DNA from: Gammaproteobacteria bacterium
GTDB lineage: Bacteria > Pseudomonadota > Gammaproteobacteria > Pseudomonadales > Pseudomonadaceae
Direction: 5' to 3'
NCBI GenBank assembly: GCA_012728315.1
Contig: JAAYFI010000026.1
Location: 111,778-175,777 of the forward strand
DNA length: 64,000 nucleotides
Part shown: piece after piece, positions 29,304 through 40,093 of the stretch
Numbering within the stretch: position 1 is the first letter of the stretch
Layout: each line of letters starts with the position of its first letter
The notes under the pieces: generated by a model
Told to the model about the DNA's origin: nothing
What the model saw: the letters and a program-made list of their open reading frames with translations, nothing else
Database searches by the model: none
Position numbers and translations under genes: made by a program

Positions 29304-29825
29304 CTATTTTAAACCGAGGCGCTGTTCATCTAAGTCGCGTAAGTATTTAAAAATCTTGCGCGAAGCTGTGGGTGCTTTATTGCGAGCCAGCTCATGTTGT
29401 GCATGACGAATCAAGCTACGCAAGTGCTGAATATCAGTGCTTGGGTAGTCTTCAACAAAGCTTTGTAAGGCTGCGTCGCCTTCGCTAATCAGGCGATTAC
29501 GCCAGCGTTCTAAAGCATGAAAACGGTCATTGTATTCGCGGGTTTGGCTATCAACGAGGTTGACCGGCTGCATAATGGCGTCAATATCATGACTGCGCAG
29601 CAGTTTGCCGAGAAACTGTGAATGGCGCTTACGGGCAATATGAGCGGTATGTTTAGAGGTTTCTGCCAAGGCTTTACGCAGCTCATCGCTGAGCGGCATT
29701 TTATTGAGCAGTTCAGGTTTAAGGTCAGCCAGACGTAGACCTAGCTCTTGTAAAGCAAGCATCTCACGCTTGATTTGTGATTTGCTTTTTTCTTCGTCCA
29801 GTGAGTCATCAAGATAGTCAGACAT
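29304..29825 (-). CDS. yjgA: Ribosome biogenesis factor YjgA (DarP)
   Basis: [22 protein letters not shown]; lies between tldD and pmbA. Confidence 0.92.
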   Translation of the reverse strand: MSDYLDDSLDEEKSKSQIKREMLALQELGLRLADLKPELLNKMPLSDELRKALAETSKHTAHIARKRHSQFLGKLLRSHDIDAIMQPVNLVDSQTREYNDRFHALERWRNRLISEGDAALQSFVEDYPSTDIQHLRSLIRHAQHELARNKAPTASRKIFKYLRDLDEQRLGLK

Positions 29826-29914
29826 AACGGTGTTCCAATCAGTTAGGATGCCATGATAACAGAGCAAGGCTGATAGGTTGATATAGAGTCTTGTGAAAAT
29901 GCTTTGGAGTAACT

Positions 29915-31261
29915 ATGAGTTTAATTGAAAGTGTTGGCCCGCAAGCATTACCTGAGCTTAAAGGGCAAGTGGAAAAGATTCTAGCGGTCGCTAAAAGGCA
30001 GGGTGCCAGCGCCTGCGAAGTTGCAGTGTCTGTGCAGCAAGGCTTATCGACCAGTGTGCGTCAGCGTGAAGTGGAAACTGTTGAGTTTAATCGCGATCAG
30101 GGCTTTTCCATTACGGTGTATCACGGTCAGCAAAAAGGCTCGGCGAGCACCACTGCTACAGGCGATGCGGCTATTGAAGAAACCGTAGCTGCGGCTTTGG
30201 CGATTGCTAAGCATGCCTCCGCTGATGAATATGCCGGCTTAGCTGATGAGCAGTTAATGGCGCGTGAGTTTCCTGATTTAGATTTATGGCATCCCTGGGA
30301 TTTAAGTCCAGCACAGGCTATTGAAATGGCTCTGGAATGTGAGGCAGCGGCTTTTGCCACTGACCCACGGATCAGTAATGCCGATGGTTCCAGCGTGAAC
30401 AGCGATGCGGGTTGTACTGTATACGGCAACAGTCATGGTTTGATTGCTGGTCATGCGGGGACCCGGCACAGTATCAGTTGCGTGATGATTGCCGAAGCAG
30501 AAGGGCAAATGCAGCGTGATTATTGGTATGACTATGGCCGCCGAGGCGATTTGCTAACCGATGCGGTAACCGTGGGCCGTTTAGCTGCTGAGCGTACCGT
30601 GAGCCGTTTAGGTGCGCGCTCAGTGCCTACCTGTGAGGTGCCTGTGTTATTTGCAGCGCAATTGGCGGGAGGCTTATTTGGCAGCTTGTTAGGTGCTATT
30701 GCGGGTGGTAATCAGTATCGTAACGCCTCGTTTTTGGTCGGGGCTTTGGGGCAGACTTTATTTCCTCAGTGGCTGACCTTAGATGAGCGCCCCTTATTGA
30801 AAGGCGGCTTGGCCAGTAGCGCTTTTGATGGCGATGGTTTAGCCACCTACGCTAAGCCATTTATTGAAAATGGTGTGTTGGTTAATTACATGCTGAGCAC
30901 CTACTCTGGGCGTAAGCTGGGCATGCCAAGTACAGCCAATGCGGGGGGCGCGCGCAACGTTTTTGTGAGCCATGGCGATGATGATCAAGCTGCCTTGCTA
31001 AAGAAAATGGGCCGCGGTTTGTTGGTCACAGAACTGATGGGGCAAGGCTTAAATATGGTCACCGGTGATTATTCCCGTGGCGCCGGTGGGTATTGGGTGG
31101 AAAATGGAGAAATTCAGTTTCCTGTGCAAGAAGTGACCATTGCCGGCAATATGCGGGATATGTTTAAGCAAATAGTGGCTATCGGGAATGATTTGGATCG
31201 CCGTGGCAGTGTCTGTACGGGCTCGGTATTGATTGAGCGTATGACCGTGGCTGGCAGCTAG
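29915..31261 (+). CDS. pmbA: Metalloprotease subunit PmbA (TldE)
   Basis: VEFNRDQG, MQRDYWY, TGDYSRGA, EVTIAGN. Confidence 0.96.
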   Translation: MSLIESVGPQALPELKGQVEKILAVAKRQGASACEVAVSVQQGLSTSVRQREVETVEFNRDQGFSITVYHGQQKGSASTTATGDAAIEETVAAALAIAKHASADEYAGLADEQLMAREFPDLDLWHPWDLSPAQAIEMALECEAAAFATDPRISNADGSSVNSDAGCTVYGNSHGLIAGHAGTRHSISCVMIAEAEGQMQRDYWYDYGRRGDLLTDAVTVGRLAAERTVSRLGARSVPTCEVPVLFAAQLAGGLFGSLLGAIAGGNQYRNASFLVGALGQTLFPQWLTLDERPLLKGGLASSAFDGDGLATYAKPFIENGVLVNYMLSTYSGRKLGMPSTANAGGARNVFVSHGDDDQAALLKKMGRGLLVTELMGQGLNMVTGDYSRGAGGYWVENGEIQFPVQEVTIAGNMRDMFKQIVAIGNDLDRRGSVCTGSVLIERMTVAGS

Positions 31262-31324
31262 GCGTTAGCTCAGAGTGCTGTGCGGCACTTTATCAAACAA
31301 TAAAGCGCTGCACGGGCTTGCGGC

Positions 31325-32476
31325 CTATTCTGGCGAGACAAAGTCCAATCGGTAATTGGTAGCGCCACCGCTGGGTTCGAGTATTTCTAAGGCAATATGG
31401 ATAGGGGTTTGCTGCGGCATCTGCGCTTGTCCGGCAAGCTCGCCCGCGAGATATTCCTGAGGGGTAAACCGGCGGCGGGCTAAAGTGTGCCCTGAGGCAT
31501 CAGTGAAGCTGAGCTCAAGCAACGGAAAGGGTTGGCTAAATGAAGCACGATTATAAATAATTGCATCGACCAGCAAAGCACCAGGAAACTCTGGATGGCT
31601 GCGCACTAGCAAATTACTGCTTTTAATCTGTTGCACATCAACTTTAGCAGGCAATTGACAGTCAATCAGCGGGCAGATGACTTCCAGCCATGGACGAGTA
31701 CTGTCTTGGCGGGCCAGTTGCGTAAAGTTGTGAAAAGTGTATTGGCCTAACAACAGCAATAACGCGGCAATATTCAACAAGCCCCAGGCGAACCAGCGCT
31801 TCCATGGGGTTTTTTTAGGGCGCCAATCAAGGCGCAGGGGTTCATCTGCAAAGTAGGGCAGAGGATCATGGGACGGCTCGAGCGCTAGTGCGCTGAGTGG
31901 CGCATGCCGATGGGCACTGCTGTTTCTCTGAGGCTCTTGAGCGCTCATTACCGCCGTGCTGGGCTCCAATGGCGTGGCATCGGTTTGCTCTGGCGCCTTA
32001 TAGAGTGGTGCGACGGGTTCTGTATTCAGTAGCTCATCACTCCAGTCATCGTCCATAGATTGGGGTGCTTTAAGTGTGTCTTCCTGTGGCGCAGGGCTTG
32101 GATCAAGGCGGGCTTGAACTGAGGCAAACTCATCGGATAACTCTTGCGCCCGCAGCTGTTCTTCTTGTTCTAGACGGGCCAGTTCCTCATCAAGATCAAG
32201 ATCATCTAAGTCATCAAGATCCATATCATCATGAATCATTAAGGGCTGCTTGCTGGCCGGAGCGGGATGAGACGCTGGATTGGCTGCAGCAGCGACTTGG
32301 GTTGTGATGTGTAACCTAGACTCAGCGGCATCCGTATTGGCAATTTGACTGGCGGCATTAAACACTTGCAAACACGCACCGCAGCGTACCGAGCCACGCG
32401 CAACCGTGAGCTGGCTACGCTTCAGGCTAAAGCTGGTTTGGCAATGCGGGCATTGGGCGGTAAAAGTGTCAGTCAT
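31325..32476 (-). CDS. Zinc-ribbon / DUF3426 domain protein
   Basis: CPHC...VRCGAC zinc ribbon, acidic linker, TM helix, DUF3426 C-terminus; downstream of prmA. Confidence 0.88.
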   Translation of the reverse strand: MTDTFTAQCPHCQTSFSLKRSQLTVARGSVRCGACLQVFNAASQIANTDAAESRLHITTQVAAAANPASHPAPASKQPLMIHDDMDLDDLDDLDLDEELARLEQEEQLRAQELSDEFASVQARLDPSPAPQEDTLKAPQSMDDDWSDELLNTEPVAPLYKAPEQTDATPLEPSTAVMSAQEPQRNSSAHRHAPLSALALEPSHDPLPYFADEPLRLDWRPKKTPWKRWFAWGLLNIAALLLLLGQYTFHNFTQLARQDSTRPWLEVICPLIDCQLPAKVDVQQIKSSNLLVRSHPEFPGALLVDAIIYNRASFSQPFPLLELSFTDASGHTLARRRFTPQEYLAGELAGQAQMPQQTPIHIALEILEPSGGATNYRLDFVSPE

Positions 32477-32564
32477 AATTGGGTCAAATTTTAAGGGCAG
32501 ATAAATGCTTTGCAGTCTAGCCTACTTATACACTTGAGTGGCATTGACTGCATCGCAAACTCGG

Positions 32565-33443
32565 TTAAATACGTACACCAGAAATGCACACCCAGCCATC
32601 TTTTTCAGCTGTTGGCGCTAAAGCAAAGGCAGCGCTATAGGCATCGCGCACTTCTTGCGCTTGCTCCGCTAAAATGCCCGATAAAGCAATGCGGCCGCCC
32701 ACTTGCGTGTACTGAATCAATTTTGGCGCAAGCTCTACCAGTGGGCCAGCGAGGATATTGGCGACAACGACGTCAAATTGTCCGACGGGCATATCTTCTG
32801 GCAAGTAGAGTAATAAATCGTCTGCAGCAATATTGTTGCGATTGGCGTTGTCACGGGTGGCTTCTAAGGCTTGTGTATCAATATCGGTGCAGGTCAGCTG
32901 TTTGGCACCCAATAGTTTTGCGGCAATGGCTAGGATTCCAGAGCCGCAGCCAAAATCAAGAACATTGCAACCTTCTAGAGCTTGGCTGTCGAGCCATTCA
33001 AGGCATAAAGCAGTGGTGGGGTGAGTGCCTGTGCCGAAGGCTAAACCGGGATCAAGCAGTAAATTTACCGCGTCCGGCTCAGGTGCTGTGTGCCAACTGG
33101 GCACAATCCATAAGCGCTGACCAAAACGCATTGGGTGAAAATTATCCATCCAGCTGCGCTCCCAATCTTGATCTTCTAGCTGCTCCATGTGCAGCTCAGG
33201 CGTATTGTCTCCACCGAGCAGTTGAATGTGCTGCTGTAGCGCCTCAGGGTCAACATCATCTTCAAAAAGAGCCAGTAAGTGGGTGCGGCTCCAGAGCGGT
33301 GTAGTGCCCAGGTCTGGCTCGTAAATGGGTTGATCCTCACCATCCATAAAGGTCACTGATACTGCGCCCAGCTCCAGTAGGGTGTCTTCCCACTGTGGGG
33401 CTTGCTGGGGTTGAATCGCTAAACGAACTTGTAGCCAAGACAT
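32565..33443 (-). CDS. prmA: Ribosomal protein L11 methyltransferase
   Basis: [29 protein letters not shown]. Confidence 0.97.
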   Translation of the reverse strand: MSWLQVRLAIQPQQAPQWEDTLLELGAVSVTFMDGEDQPIYEPDLGTTPLWSRTHLLALFEDDVDPEALQQHIQLLGGDNTPELHMEQLEDQDWERSWMDNFHPMRFGQRLWIVPSWHTAPEPDAVNLLLDPGLAFGTGTHPTTALCLEWLDSQALEGCNVLDFGCGSGILAIAAKLLGAKQLTCTDIDTQALEATRDNANRNNIAADDLLLYLPEDMPVGQFDVVVANILAGPLVELAPKLIQYTQVGGRIALSGILAEQAQEVRDAYSAAFALAPTAEKDGWVCISGVRI

Positions 33444-33479
33444 AAAAACCTCAAAAGCGGGTGCAGTTATCTGCGAAAA

Positions 33480-34640
33480 TTAGGCATGAAGAGCATTGCA
33501 ACGGTATTGGTTTTGCAATGGCATCGCATATTGCATGATCAGGTAAGGACGGTGCTCTTCTGGGCAAGCCGCTAAACGACGTTGCCATTCTTGTTGAGCA
33601 CGGATCACTTCATTGCGGGCAAAGACAGCGTTAATCTCAGGTACATCTAAGCCGCTATCTTGCTGATCCCACATCGCCCAAGCTAAGTAGTGCACAGGGA
33701 ATAAGCGGTAATCGCGCCAGATTTGCTGATCCACTAAGTTGGCCAGTTGCTTGGCATCACTGAAGCCTGTGTTAAGAATTGGACAGAAGTGCACATGCAC
33801 ACGGCCTTTATAGCCGGTAATACCTTGCGCAATACTGGCATCATCCTCACCGATTTGTTTGGTGTACTCGCCGGTGGTTGCACGAATATAGAGTTCACGG
33901 GCTTTAGCTATATCACAGGGATCGTATTCATAACTGATCGCTACGGGTGTTAGGTTTAATGAGGCGATCACTTCGGCGAAGTCTTCATCTTTGCGTGAGA
34001 GATGAAACATTTTTAAGATGGCGCTTTCAGTGCGATCATCACCATCTTTAGCTCGACCTTCTGCTTGGGCAATCCAGATCGACTCATGATCCTGTAAGAT
34101 TGAGTGATTGATATAGGCCGATAGCAACTGAAAAGCTGAGAGCTTCTCGCGACGATTGGTCAGTGAGCGGTGCACAATAAAGCTTTTATTGATGCGCATT
34201 AAATCGCTCACAAAAGGGCGCTGTAATAAATTATCGCCAATCGCAATTCGCGGGGTATTGTGTTTGGCTTGAAATAAGGCGTAGTTGACAAACGCAGGAT
34301 CCATAACAATATCGCGGTGGTTGGCCAAATACAGGTGAGGTTTCCCGCTCTGTAGATGCTCAATGCCAGAGAAGCTAATGCCGTCGGTGGCTTGCGTAAT
34401 GCTGCGTTCTACATAAGACTCAATGCGCTCTTGGAGTGCGGCTACGCTATCCACTGCACGCAGTTCTTTGCGCAGTTTCCAAGCAATAATAGGGCGCAGT
34501 AACCAGCCAAAGTGGTTGGCTGCCGTTGGAAAACGGTATTGAGTGATTATGGATAAAAAATCTACATCAGCCAGTAAGCGTTGTAAAACATCTGCCACTT
34601 CGTTGTCGTGGTAGGGGCGAATGCTATCAAATTGATCCAT
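33480..34640 (-). CDS. Glycerolipid acyltransferase (PlsC-like)
   Basis: NHRDIVMD (HX4D), AIGDNL, EGRAKDG. Confidence 0.88.
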   Translation of the reverse strand: MDQFDSIRPYHDNEVADVLQRLLADVDFLSIITQYRFPTAANHFGWLLRPIIAWKLRKELRAVDSVAALQERIESYVERSITQATDGISFSGIEHLQSGKPHLYLANHRDIVMDPAFVNYALFQAKHNTPRIAIGDNLLQRPFVSDLMRINKSFIVHRSLTNRREKLSAFQLLSAYINHSILQDHESIWIAQAEGRAKDGDDRTESAILKMFHLSRKDEDFAEVIASLNLTPVAISYEYDPCDIAKARELYIRATTGEYTKQIGEDDASIAQGITGYKGRVHVHFCPILNTGFSDAKQLANLVDQQIWRDYRLFPVHYLAWAMWDQQDSGLDVPEINAVFARNEVIRAQQEWQRRLAACPEEHRPYLIMQYAMPLQNQYRCNALHA

Positions 34641-34744
34641 GTGATTCTCTTATTCGGATGCTGTGCAGTGCTGTGGGCGCTGTAGGGTTGGATAATTAGG
34701 ATATTATAACCGCATTAATGCATAACTTGCAGAGGAGATCTAAA

Positions 34745-35017
34745 GTGCAAAGGATTCATGAGCCGGCTGATTTAATGGAAGCGCAGATGTTGATCAGCAT
34801 GTTGCGCAGTGAAGGTATTCAGGTGTATTTGCAAGGTGCAGATCTCGTCGGGGGTATGGGCGAGCTGCCAGCTTTGGGCTTGCTGGGTTTGATGGTAGAG
34901 GATGAGCAGGTGCAGCAGGCACGCGCGCTGATTGCTAGCTACCAACAGGCTACACCTATTGTTGAAGGTGAATATAATGCGCCGCACCTTGTGCGTTGCG
35001 GTATTTTAGAGTGTTAA
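34745..35017 (+). CDS. DUF2007 (putative signal-transducing) small protein
   Basis: EAQMLISMLRSEGI...GELP...QARALI; GTG after GAGGAG. Confidence 0.8.
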   Translation: MQRIHEPADLMEAQMLISMLRSEGIQVYLQGADLVGGMGELPALGLLGLMVEDEQVQQARALIASYQQATPIVEGEYNAPHLVRCGILEC

Positions 35018-35034
35018 ATACGGAGTGCTAATCC

Positions 35035-35652
35035 ATGTCGGGGCGCTATGCATTATTTAGCTGGCCAGAGTCGATGGCGCAATTACCAGATTTTCCGCAA
35101 CAGATGCGGGCACATTGGAATTTGGCGCCAAAATCACAAGTTTTAATGCTCTATCAAAAACAGCAAAAAATCTATGCTGCGCTGGCCTTGTGGGGTTTTA
35201 CCTGTGAATGGATGAGTGACTTAACTCGAGCGGTTGCACATGCGCGTGTTGAAACCGTAGCGACTCTGCCAATGTTTAAAAAAGCATGGCGCAGTCAGCG
35301 TTGTCTGTTACCTGCGAATGGTTTTTTTGAATGGCGAGGCCAGCAGCGCAAGCAGCCCTTTTGGCTCAGTACCGCAGAGCCTATCTTGTATTTTGCTGGG
35401 TTGTGGGATGTCTACTCGGTGCCAGGGCGTGATTATTACAGTGTGGCCATGTTAACCCAGCAGGCGGCGCATTTACGTCGACCTATTATCTTGAATGCAC
35501 AGCAGCAAGCGGTATGGCTTGACCCTAAGAGCAGCGAGGCAGCATTGCAGGAGGTTTTGACGGGAGAACAACCACAGCTGCTGGAGCGGCGTGTCAGCAC
35601 CTTGATCAATGATCCGCTGGTTGATGGTCCGCAGTGTTTAAGTCCAGGCTAG
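35035..35652 (+). CDS. SRAP family (YedK/HMCES-like) abasic-site protein, Ser2 variant
   Basis: MSGRY N-terminus, WNLAP, HARVET, RCLLPANGFFEW, FAGLWD, HLRRPIIL. Confidence 0.9.
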   Translation: MSGRYALFSWPESMAQLPDFPQQMRAHWNLAPKSQVLMLYQKQQKIYAALALWGFTCEWMSDLTRAVAHARVETVATLPMFKKAWRSQRCLLPANGFFEWRGQQRKQPFWLSTAEPILYFAGLWDVYSVPGRDYYSVAMLTQQAAHLRRPIILNAQQQAVWLDPKSSEAALQEVLTGEQPQLLERRVSTLINDPLVDGPQCLSPG

Positions 35653-35679
35653 CGGGCTGATGGCAGCGGGCTGGTGGTT

Positions 35680-35952
35680 TTAGCTGTCTTCATGAAAGCG
35701 TTGTGCAATAAGTTCCTGTAATGCCTGCAAGGCTTGTTCAGCTTGCTCGCCTTCTGCACTGAGATGCAGCTGTGTTCCTTTATTGGCTGCTAGCATCATC
35801 ACCGACATAATGTTTTTACCGTTGCATAGGTTGTTGGCATCGCGGCCGATCGCAATCTGGCAAGGGTAATGATTGGCGACAGACACAAATTTAGCAGCAG
35901 CGCGGGCGTGCAAGCCAAGCTTGTTTATGATGGTGACTTGACAGCTAGGCAT
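35680..35952 (-). CDS. ptsO: Phosphocarrier protein NPr
   Basis: [11 protein letters not shown] HPr motif; last gene of the rpoN operon. Confidence 0.93.
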   Translation of the reverse strand: MPSCQVTIINKLGLHARAAAKFVSVANHYPCQIAIGRDANNLCNGKNIMSVMMLAANKGTQLHLSAEGEQAEQALQALQELIAQRFHEDS

Positions 35953-36826
35953 CGTTTTTCTCGGTCAGCTGCACTACATCGCGATGGCGGATTTGTACAT
36001 TGCTTAACTCTTGAGCCAGTGCTTCACCTAGGCGTTGCGCCATATACACTGAGCGATGTTGACCGCCGGTACAACCAATGGCAATCGTCACATAGGCGCG
36101 ATTACTTGCCGCAAAACGGGGTAGCCATTTGGCTAAGTAGCTATAAATGTCGCTGTACATCTCTTCGACATCGGCCTGCTCGCCTAAGTAATCAATAATG
36201 GGTTGATCGAGCCCGCAGTAAGCACGCAAGTCAGGCTTCCAATAAGGGTTAGGTAAGCAGCGGATATCAAACACCACATCGGCATCCACAGGTACACCGC
36301 GCTTAAAGCCGAAGGACTCAATTAAAAATGCCGTACCGGGTTCGGGCTTATTCAGTAAACGCAGCTTGATGATATCGCGCAGTTGATACAAGTTCAGACA
36401 AGAGGTATCAACAGTTAAATCCGCTAAGTCGATGATAGGCGAGAGTAGGGTCTTTTCATCACGAATGGCTTCTGCCAGTGAGCGTGAATCATTGGTTAGC
36501 GGATGTCGTCTACGTGTTTCAGAGAATCGCTTCAGTAGCGTTTCATCATCAGCGTCAAGGTAGAGTACATCGCAGACAATATGGCGTTCACGCAGGCCTG
36601 CCAATAGCTCTGGAAAGCGTTCCAGTTGGTTGGGTAAGTTGCGCGCATCGATGGATACCGCAATTTGCGGGTAAGCCATTTCCGTTGCTAATAAAGTGCG
36701 CTCAGCCAGCTCGGGTAACAGCATGGCGGGGAGGTTATCAATGCAGTAAAAATTGTTATCTTCCAGTACCGCTAAGGCTGTGCTTTTGCCTGACCCTGAG
36801 CGGCCACTGACGATAATTAAACGCAT
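35945..36826 (-). CDS. rapZ: RNase adapter RapZ
   Basis: [30 protein letters not shown]. Confidence 0.96.
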   Translation of the reverse strand: MRLIIVSGRSGSGKSTALAVLEDNNFYCIDNLPAMLLPELAERTLLATEMAYPQIAVSIDARNLPNQLERFPELLAGLRERHIVCDVLYLDADDETLLKRFSETRRRHPLTNDSRSLAEAIRDEKTLLSPIIDLADLTVDTSCLNLYQLRDIIKLRLLNKPEPGTAFLIESFGFKRGVPVDADVVFDIRCLPNPYWKPDLRAYCGLDQPIIDYLGEQADVEEMYSDIYSYLAKWLPRFAASNRAYVTIAIGCTGGQHRSVYMAQRLGEALAQELSNVQIRHRDVVQLTEKNDA

Positions 36827-36838
36827 GGATAAGAGCCT

Positions 36839-37297
36839 CTATAGTTGAGCATCAAGCACTGCTTGATATAAAGCAGCGTTATTGGGGGCATTACGTAAGC
36901 GTTCGCGCACATCATCTTGTTCAAAGATGCTAGCGATTTGGCGTAATAGTTCTAAGTGCTCGTCAGTCGCCGCTTCGGGTACCAGCAAGACAAAGAGTAG
37001 ATCAACGGGTTCGCCATCAATGGCGTCAAAATCAATTGCAGTTTCTAAACGTAAAACCGCACTGATTGGCGCATTGCAGCCAATCAGACGGCAATGGGGG
37101 ATGGCAATGCCGTTACCAAAACCGGTGGAGCCGAGCTTTTCACGAGCCACTAGACTCTCAAAAAGAACATCTTCATCGATCTCAGGTAAGTCGCCGGCAA
37201 TTAAGTGGGCAATGTATTCTAGTACACGCTTTTTACTACCCCCCGGCACGTTCACTTGGGAGCGGCCGAGGGTCAGTATGTGTTCTAATCGAATCAT
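36839..37297 (-). CDS. ptsN: PTS EIIA-Ntr
   Basis: SKKRVLE, REKLGSTG, GIAIPH. Confidence 0.96.
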   Translation of the reverse strand: MIRLEHILTLGRSQVNVPGGSKKRVLEYIAHLIAGDLPEIDEDVLFESLVAREKLGSTGFGNGIAIPHCRLIGCNAPISAVLRLETAIDFDAIDGEPVDLLFVLLVPEAATDEHLELLRQIASIFEQDDVRERLRNAPNNAALYQAVLDAQL

Positions 37298-37304
37298 AGA
37301 GTTA

Positions 37305-37613
37305 TTAACGTTCTAGGGCGCCTTTATTGCGCTCAAGTTGCTTTTCTTTATGTTTGATTAATTGACGATCCAGCTTATCAACGAGCAGGTCAATAGCGGC
37401 ATACATATCTTCATGTTCAGCGTTGGCATTAATATCGCCGCCGGCAATCAATAGGGTTGCATCGATTTTTTGTTTTACTTTTTCAACGCTGAGTGTCACG
37501 CGAATGCTGGTGATTTTGTCAAAATGACGCTCAAGCTTAGCGAACTTGCCATTTATATACTCACGTAGAGCTTCAGTAACTTCCAGTTGATGACCTGTAA
37601 TAGTGATTTGCAT
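37305..37613 (-). CDS. hpf: Ribosome hibernation promoting factor
   Basis: MQITITGHQLEVTEALR...DMYAAID; ATG 37613 after AAGGAG. Confidence 0.95.
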   Translation of the reverse strand: MQITITGHQLEVTEALREYINGKFAKLERHFDKITSIRVTLSVEKVKQKIDATLLIAGGDINANAEHEDMYAAIDLLVDKLDRQLIKHKEKQLERNKGALER

Positions 37614-37695
37614 ACCGTTCTCCTTAGATTCACTGCTTAATGCGGTGTTAGCAGGATTGTAACGCCTGCGTAAATTAAGTGTTACTGACCAATGT

Positions 37696-39183
37696 CTATA
37701 ATAATTGCTTTCGGTCAGTGGAAGAGGCAATGCCAAGCGATTCTCGGTACTTAGCAATGGTGCGTCGCGCCACTTTAATACCTTGTTCTTCCAGTAGACC
37801 TGCGATTTTACTGTCGCTCAATGGTTTTTTCGGGTTTTCTGCTGCAACCAGTTTCTCAATAATGGCACGAATAGCTGTGGATGAGCATTCGCCACCTTGG
37901 GTGGTGCTGACATGGCTTGAGAAAAAGTATTTTAACTCAAAGATCCCGCGTGGCGTATGCATATATTTTTGCGTGGTAACGCGGGAAATGGTTGACTCGT
38001 GCATGCCTACCGCTTCTGCAATTTCGGCCAGCACTAAAGGCTTCATCGCCTCAGGGCCATAATCAAAAAAACCACGCTGATAGTTGAGGATTTCAGTGGC
38101 CACTTTGAGCAGTGTTTCATTGCGGCTTTGTAGGCTTTTAATAAACCAGCGGGCTTCTTGCAGCTGGGTGCGTAAAAAGGTGTTATCTGCGCTGTTATCT
38201 GCGCGACGGATAAAGCCGGCGTACTGTGAGTTAACGGTGAGGCGCGGCGCAATCTCTGGATTGAGTTCAACGATCCAGCGGTTATTGGCTTTGCGTACAA
38301 TCACGTCGGGCACAATATACTCGGGTTCTTTGCTTTCAATCACTGAGCCGGGGCGCGGATTGAGGGTTTGAATCAGTTGTACAATCTCTTTTAGTGCGTC
38401 TTCTTTAACCCGCATGCGTCGCATCAGCTGATTGTAATCACGACCACCGAGCAGCTCTAAGTGTTGGCTGCAGAGCTTTTTTGCTTCAGATAACCAAGGT
38501 GTCTCGCTGGGTAGGCTGTCCAACTGCAGCAGCAGGCACTCGCTGAGGTTACGCGCGGCAATTCCCGTGGGCTCAAATTGCTGTACGCGTTTGAGCACCA
38601 TCTCCACTTCATCCATTTCAATATGCTGCATGGGGTTAAAGGACGATTGGATTTCTTCTAGGCTGTCTTGCAAGTAACCGTCTTCGCCAATGCTGTCAAT
38701 AATCACTGTGGCAATGGTGCGCTCAGTTTCGGTCATTTTGGCGAGATTGAGTTGCCAGAGTAAATGACTTTGCAGGTCGACACCCACTGAGGTCGTGCTG
38801 GTGAAATCCCAGTCTTCGCTATTGGCGCTGGGGATGTTGCTGGCGCTGGATTGGTAAACATCGTCCCACGATGTATCGATTTCTAGCTCGCTGGGAATTT
38901 GCTCGGTCCAGTCGGTGTTTTCCAGGCTGCTGTCGTGACTGTCTTTGCTGTCATCCTGACTGGCTGATTGCGTATTGTTTGAGTGTTCTTGAGTTTTGTA
39001 TTCGCTGCTATTAGCAGCGCTGTTGTTATCGTCTTGGATTTCAAGCATAGGATTGCTTTCCAATGCTTCTTGGATCTCTTCTTGCAGATCTAGTGTCGAC
39101 ATTTGCAATAAGCGAATGGCTTGCTGCAACTGTGGGGTCATGGTGAGCTGTTGACCCATTTTTAAAACGAGTGAGGCTTTCAT
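37696..39183 (-). CDS. rpoN: RNA polymerase sigma-54 factor
   Basis: [23 protein letters not shown], RpoN box ARRTIAKYR. Confidence 0.98.
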   Translation of the reverse strand: MKASLVLKMGQQLTMTPQLQQAIRLLQMSTLDLQEEIQEALESNPMLEIQDDNNSAANSSEYKTQEHSNNTQSASQDDSKDSHDSSLENTDWTEQIPSELEIDTSWDDVYQSSASNIPSANSEDWDFTSTTSVGVDLQSHLLWQLNLAKMTETERTIATVIIDSIGEDGYLQDSLEEIQSSFNPMQHIEMDEVEMVLKRVQQFEPTGIAARNLSECLLLQLDSLPSETPWLSEAKKLCSQHLELLGGRDYNQLMRRMRVKEDALKEIVQLIQTLNPRPGSVIESKEPEYIVPDVIVRKANNRWIVELNPEIAPRLTVNSQYAGFIRRADNSADNTFLRTQLQEARWFIKSLQSRNETLLKVATEILNYQRGFFDYGPEAMKPLVLAEIAEAVGMHESTISRVTTQKYMHTPRGIFELKYFFSSHVSTTQGGECSSTAIRAIIEKLVAAENPKKPLSDSKIAGLLEEQGIKVARRTIAKYRESLGIASSTDRKQLL

Positions 39184-39228
39184 AATGGAAAAGCATTACC
39201 CCTAATCATTCATGTGCCAGTATGGCTT

Positions 39229-39245
39229 AGCAAGATATATGCCTG
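39229..39245 (-). promoter_or_regulatory. Sigma54 -24/-12 site upstream of rpoN
   Basis: Minus strand CAGGCATATATCTTGCT = GG-N10-GC with TTGCT. Confidence 0.65.
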
Positions 39246-39356
39246 ATTTTTTCCTGTTTGCCTAGACTTGACAAGCATCTAAAGATACTAGATACGACTT
39301 TTTATTTGCCCGCAGTGCTGAATGAAGAGCACGCAGCGGCCTTTGTGCAGGTGTTT

Positions 39357-40085
39357 TTATAAGTGGAACTCTTGGCCCAAATACACATCTTTAACCAGCT
39401 GGTTTTCAAGAATACTGCTGGGTGAGCCTGTGGCGATAATTTGTCCGTCGCTGACAATATAGGCGGTTTCACAAATATCTAAAGTTTCACGCACGTTGTG
39501 GTCAGTGATTAATACACCAATGCCTTTATCTTTTAAATGCTGAATAATTTGCTTGATATCACCCACGGAAATAGGGTCTACACCGGCAAAGGGTTCATCC
39601 AGTAGGATAAATTTAGGGTTGGTGGCTAAAGCGCGCGCAATTTCAACGCGGCGGCGCTCACCGCCGGATAAGCTCATCCCGAGGCTATTGCGTAAATGAG
39701 TGATATTGAACTCTTGTAACAGCTCGTCGAGCGCTTGCATGCGACCGGCGCGGTCTAAATCTTTGCGTAACTCTAAAATGGCGAGGATATTATCTGCCAC
39801 GCTGAGTTTGCGAAAAATAGAGGCTTCTTGTGGTAAATAGCCAATACCAGCTCGAGCACGGCCATGCATCGGCTGAAAGCTGACATCATTGTCATCAATA
39901 AATACAGTGCCCTTGTCAGCTTTAACAAGACCTACAATCATGTAAAAGCAGGTGGTTTTACCGGCACCGTTAGGGCCCAGTAAGCCCACAATTTGGCCGC
40001 TTTGAATGGATACACTGACATCGTGGACAACGGTGCGGCCTTTATAGGATTTGGCCAAATGTGTTGCGGTTAAGGTGCTAGTCAT
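39357..40085 (-). CDS. lptB: LPS export ABC ATPase
   Basis: [38 protein letters not shown]. Confidence 0.97.
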   Translation of the reverse strand: MTSTLTATHLAKSYKGRTVVHDVSVSIQSGQIVGLLGPNGAGKTTCFYMIVGLVKADKGTVFIDDNDVSFQPMHGRARAGIGYLPQEASIFRKLSVADNILAILELRKDLDRAGRMQALDELLQEFNITHLRNSLGMSLSGGERRRVEIARALATNPKFILLDEPFAGVDPISVGDIKQIIQHLKDKGIGVLITDHNVRETLDICETAYIVSDGQIIATGSPSSILENQLVKDVYLGQEFHL

Positions 40086-40093
40086 GGCGCGCT

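Noticed and set aside
32150-32235. TCATC/TCAAGA-rich quasi-repeat
   Set aside because: It only encodes the acidic DDMDLDDLDDLDLDEE linker of the DUF3426 protein.
32510-33304. 264-aa ORF antisense to prmA
   Set aside because: Shadow ORF of a conserved gene with no recognisable motifs or RBS.
34732-34739. PrrF match GAGGAGAT at the DUF2007 RBS
   Set aside because: Only 8 nt and almost entirely the SD itself; expected by chance.
34641-34744. LexA box upstream of DUF2007-SRAP
   Set aside because: Three GCTGT copies are present but none completes CTGT-N8-ACAG.
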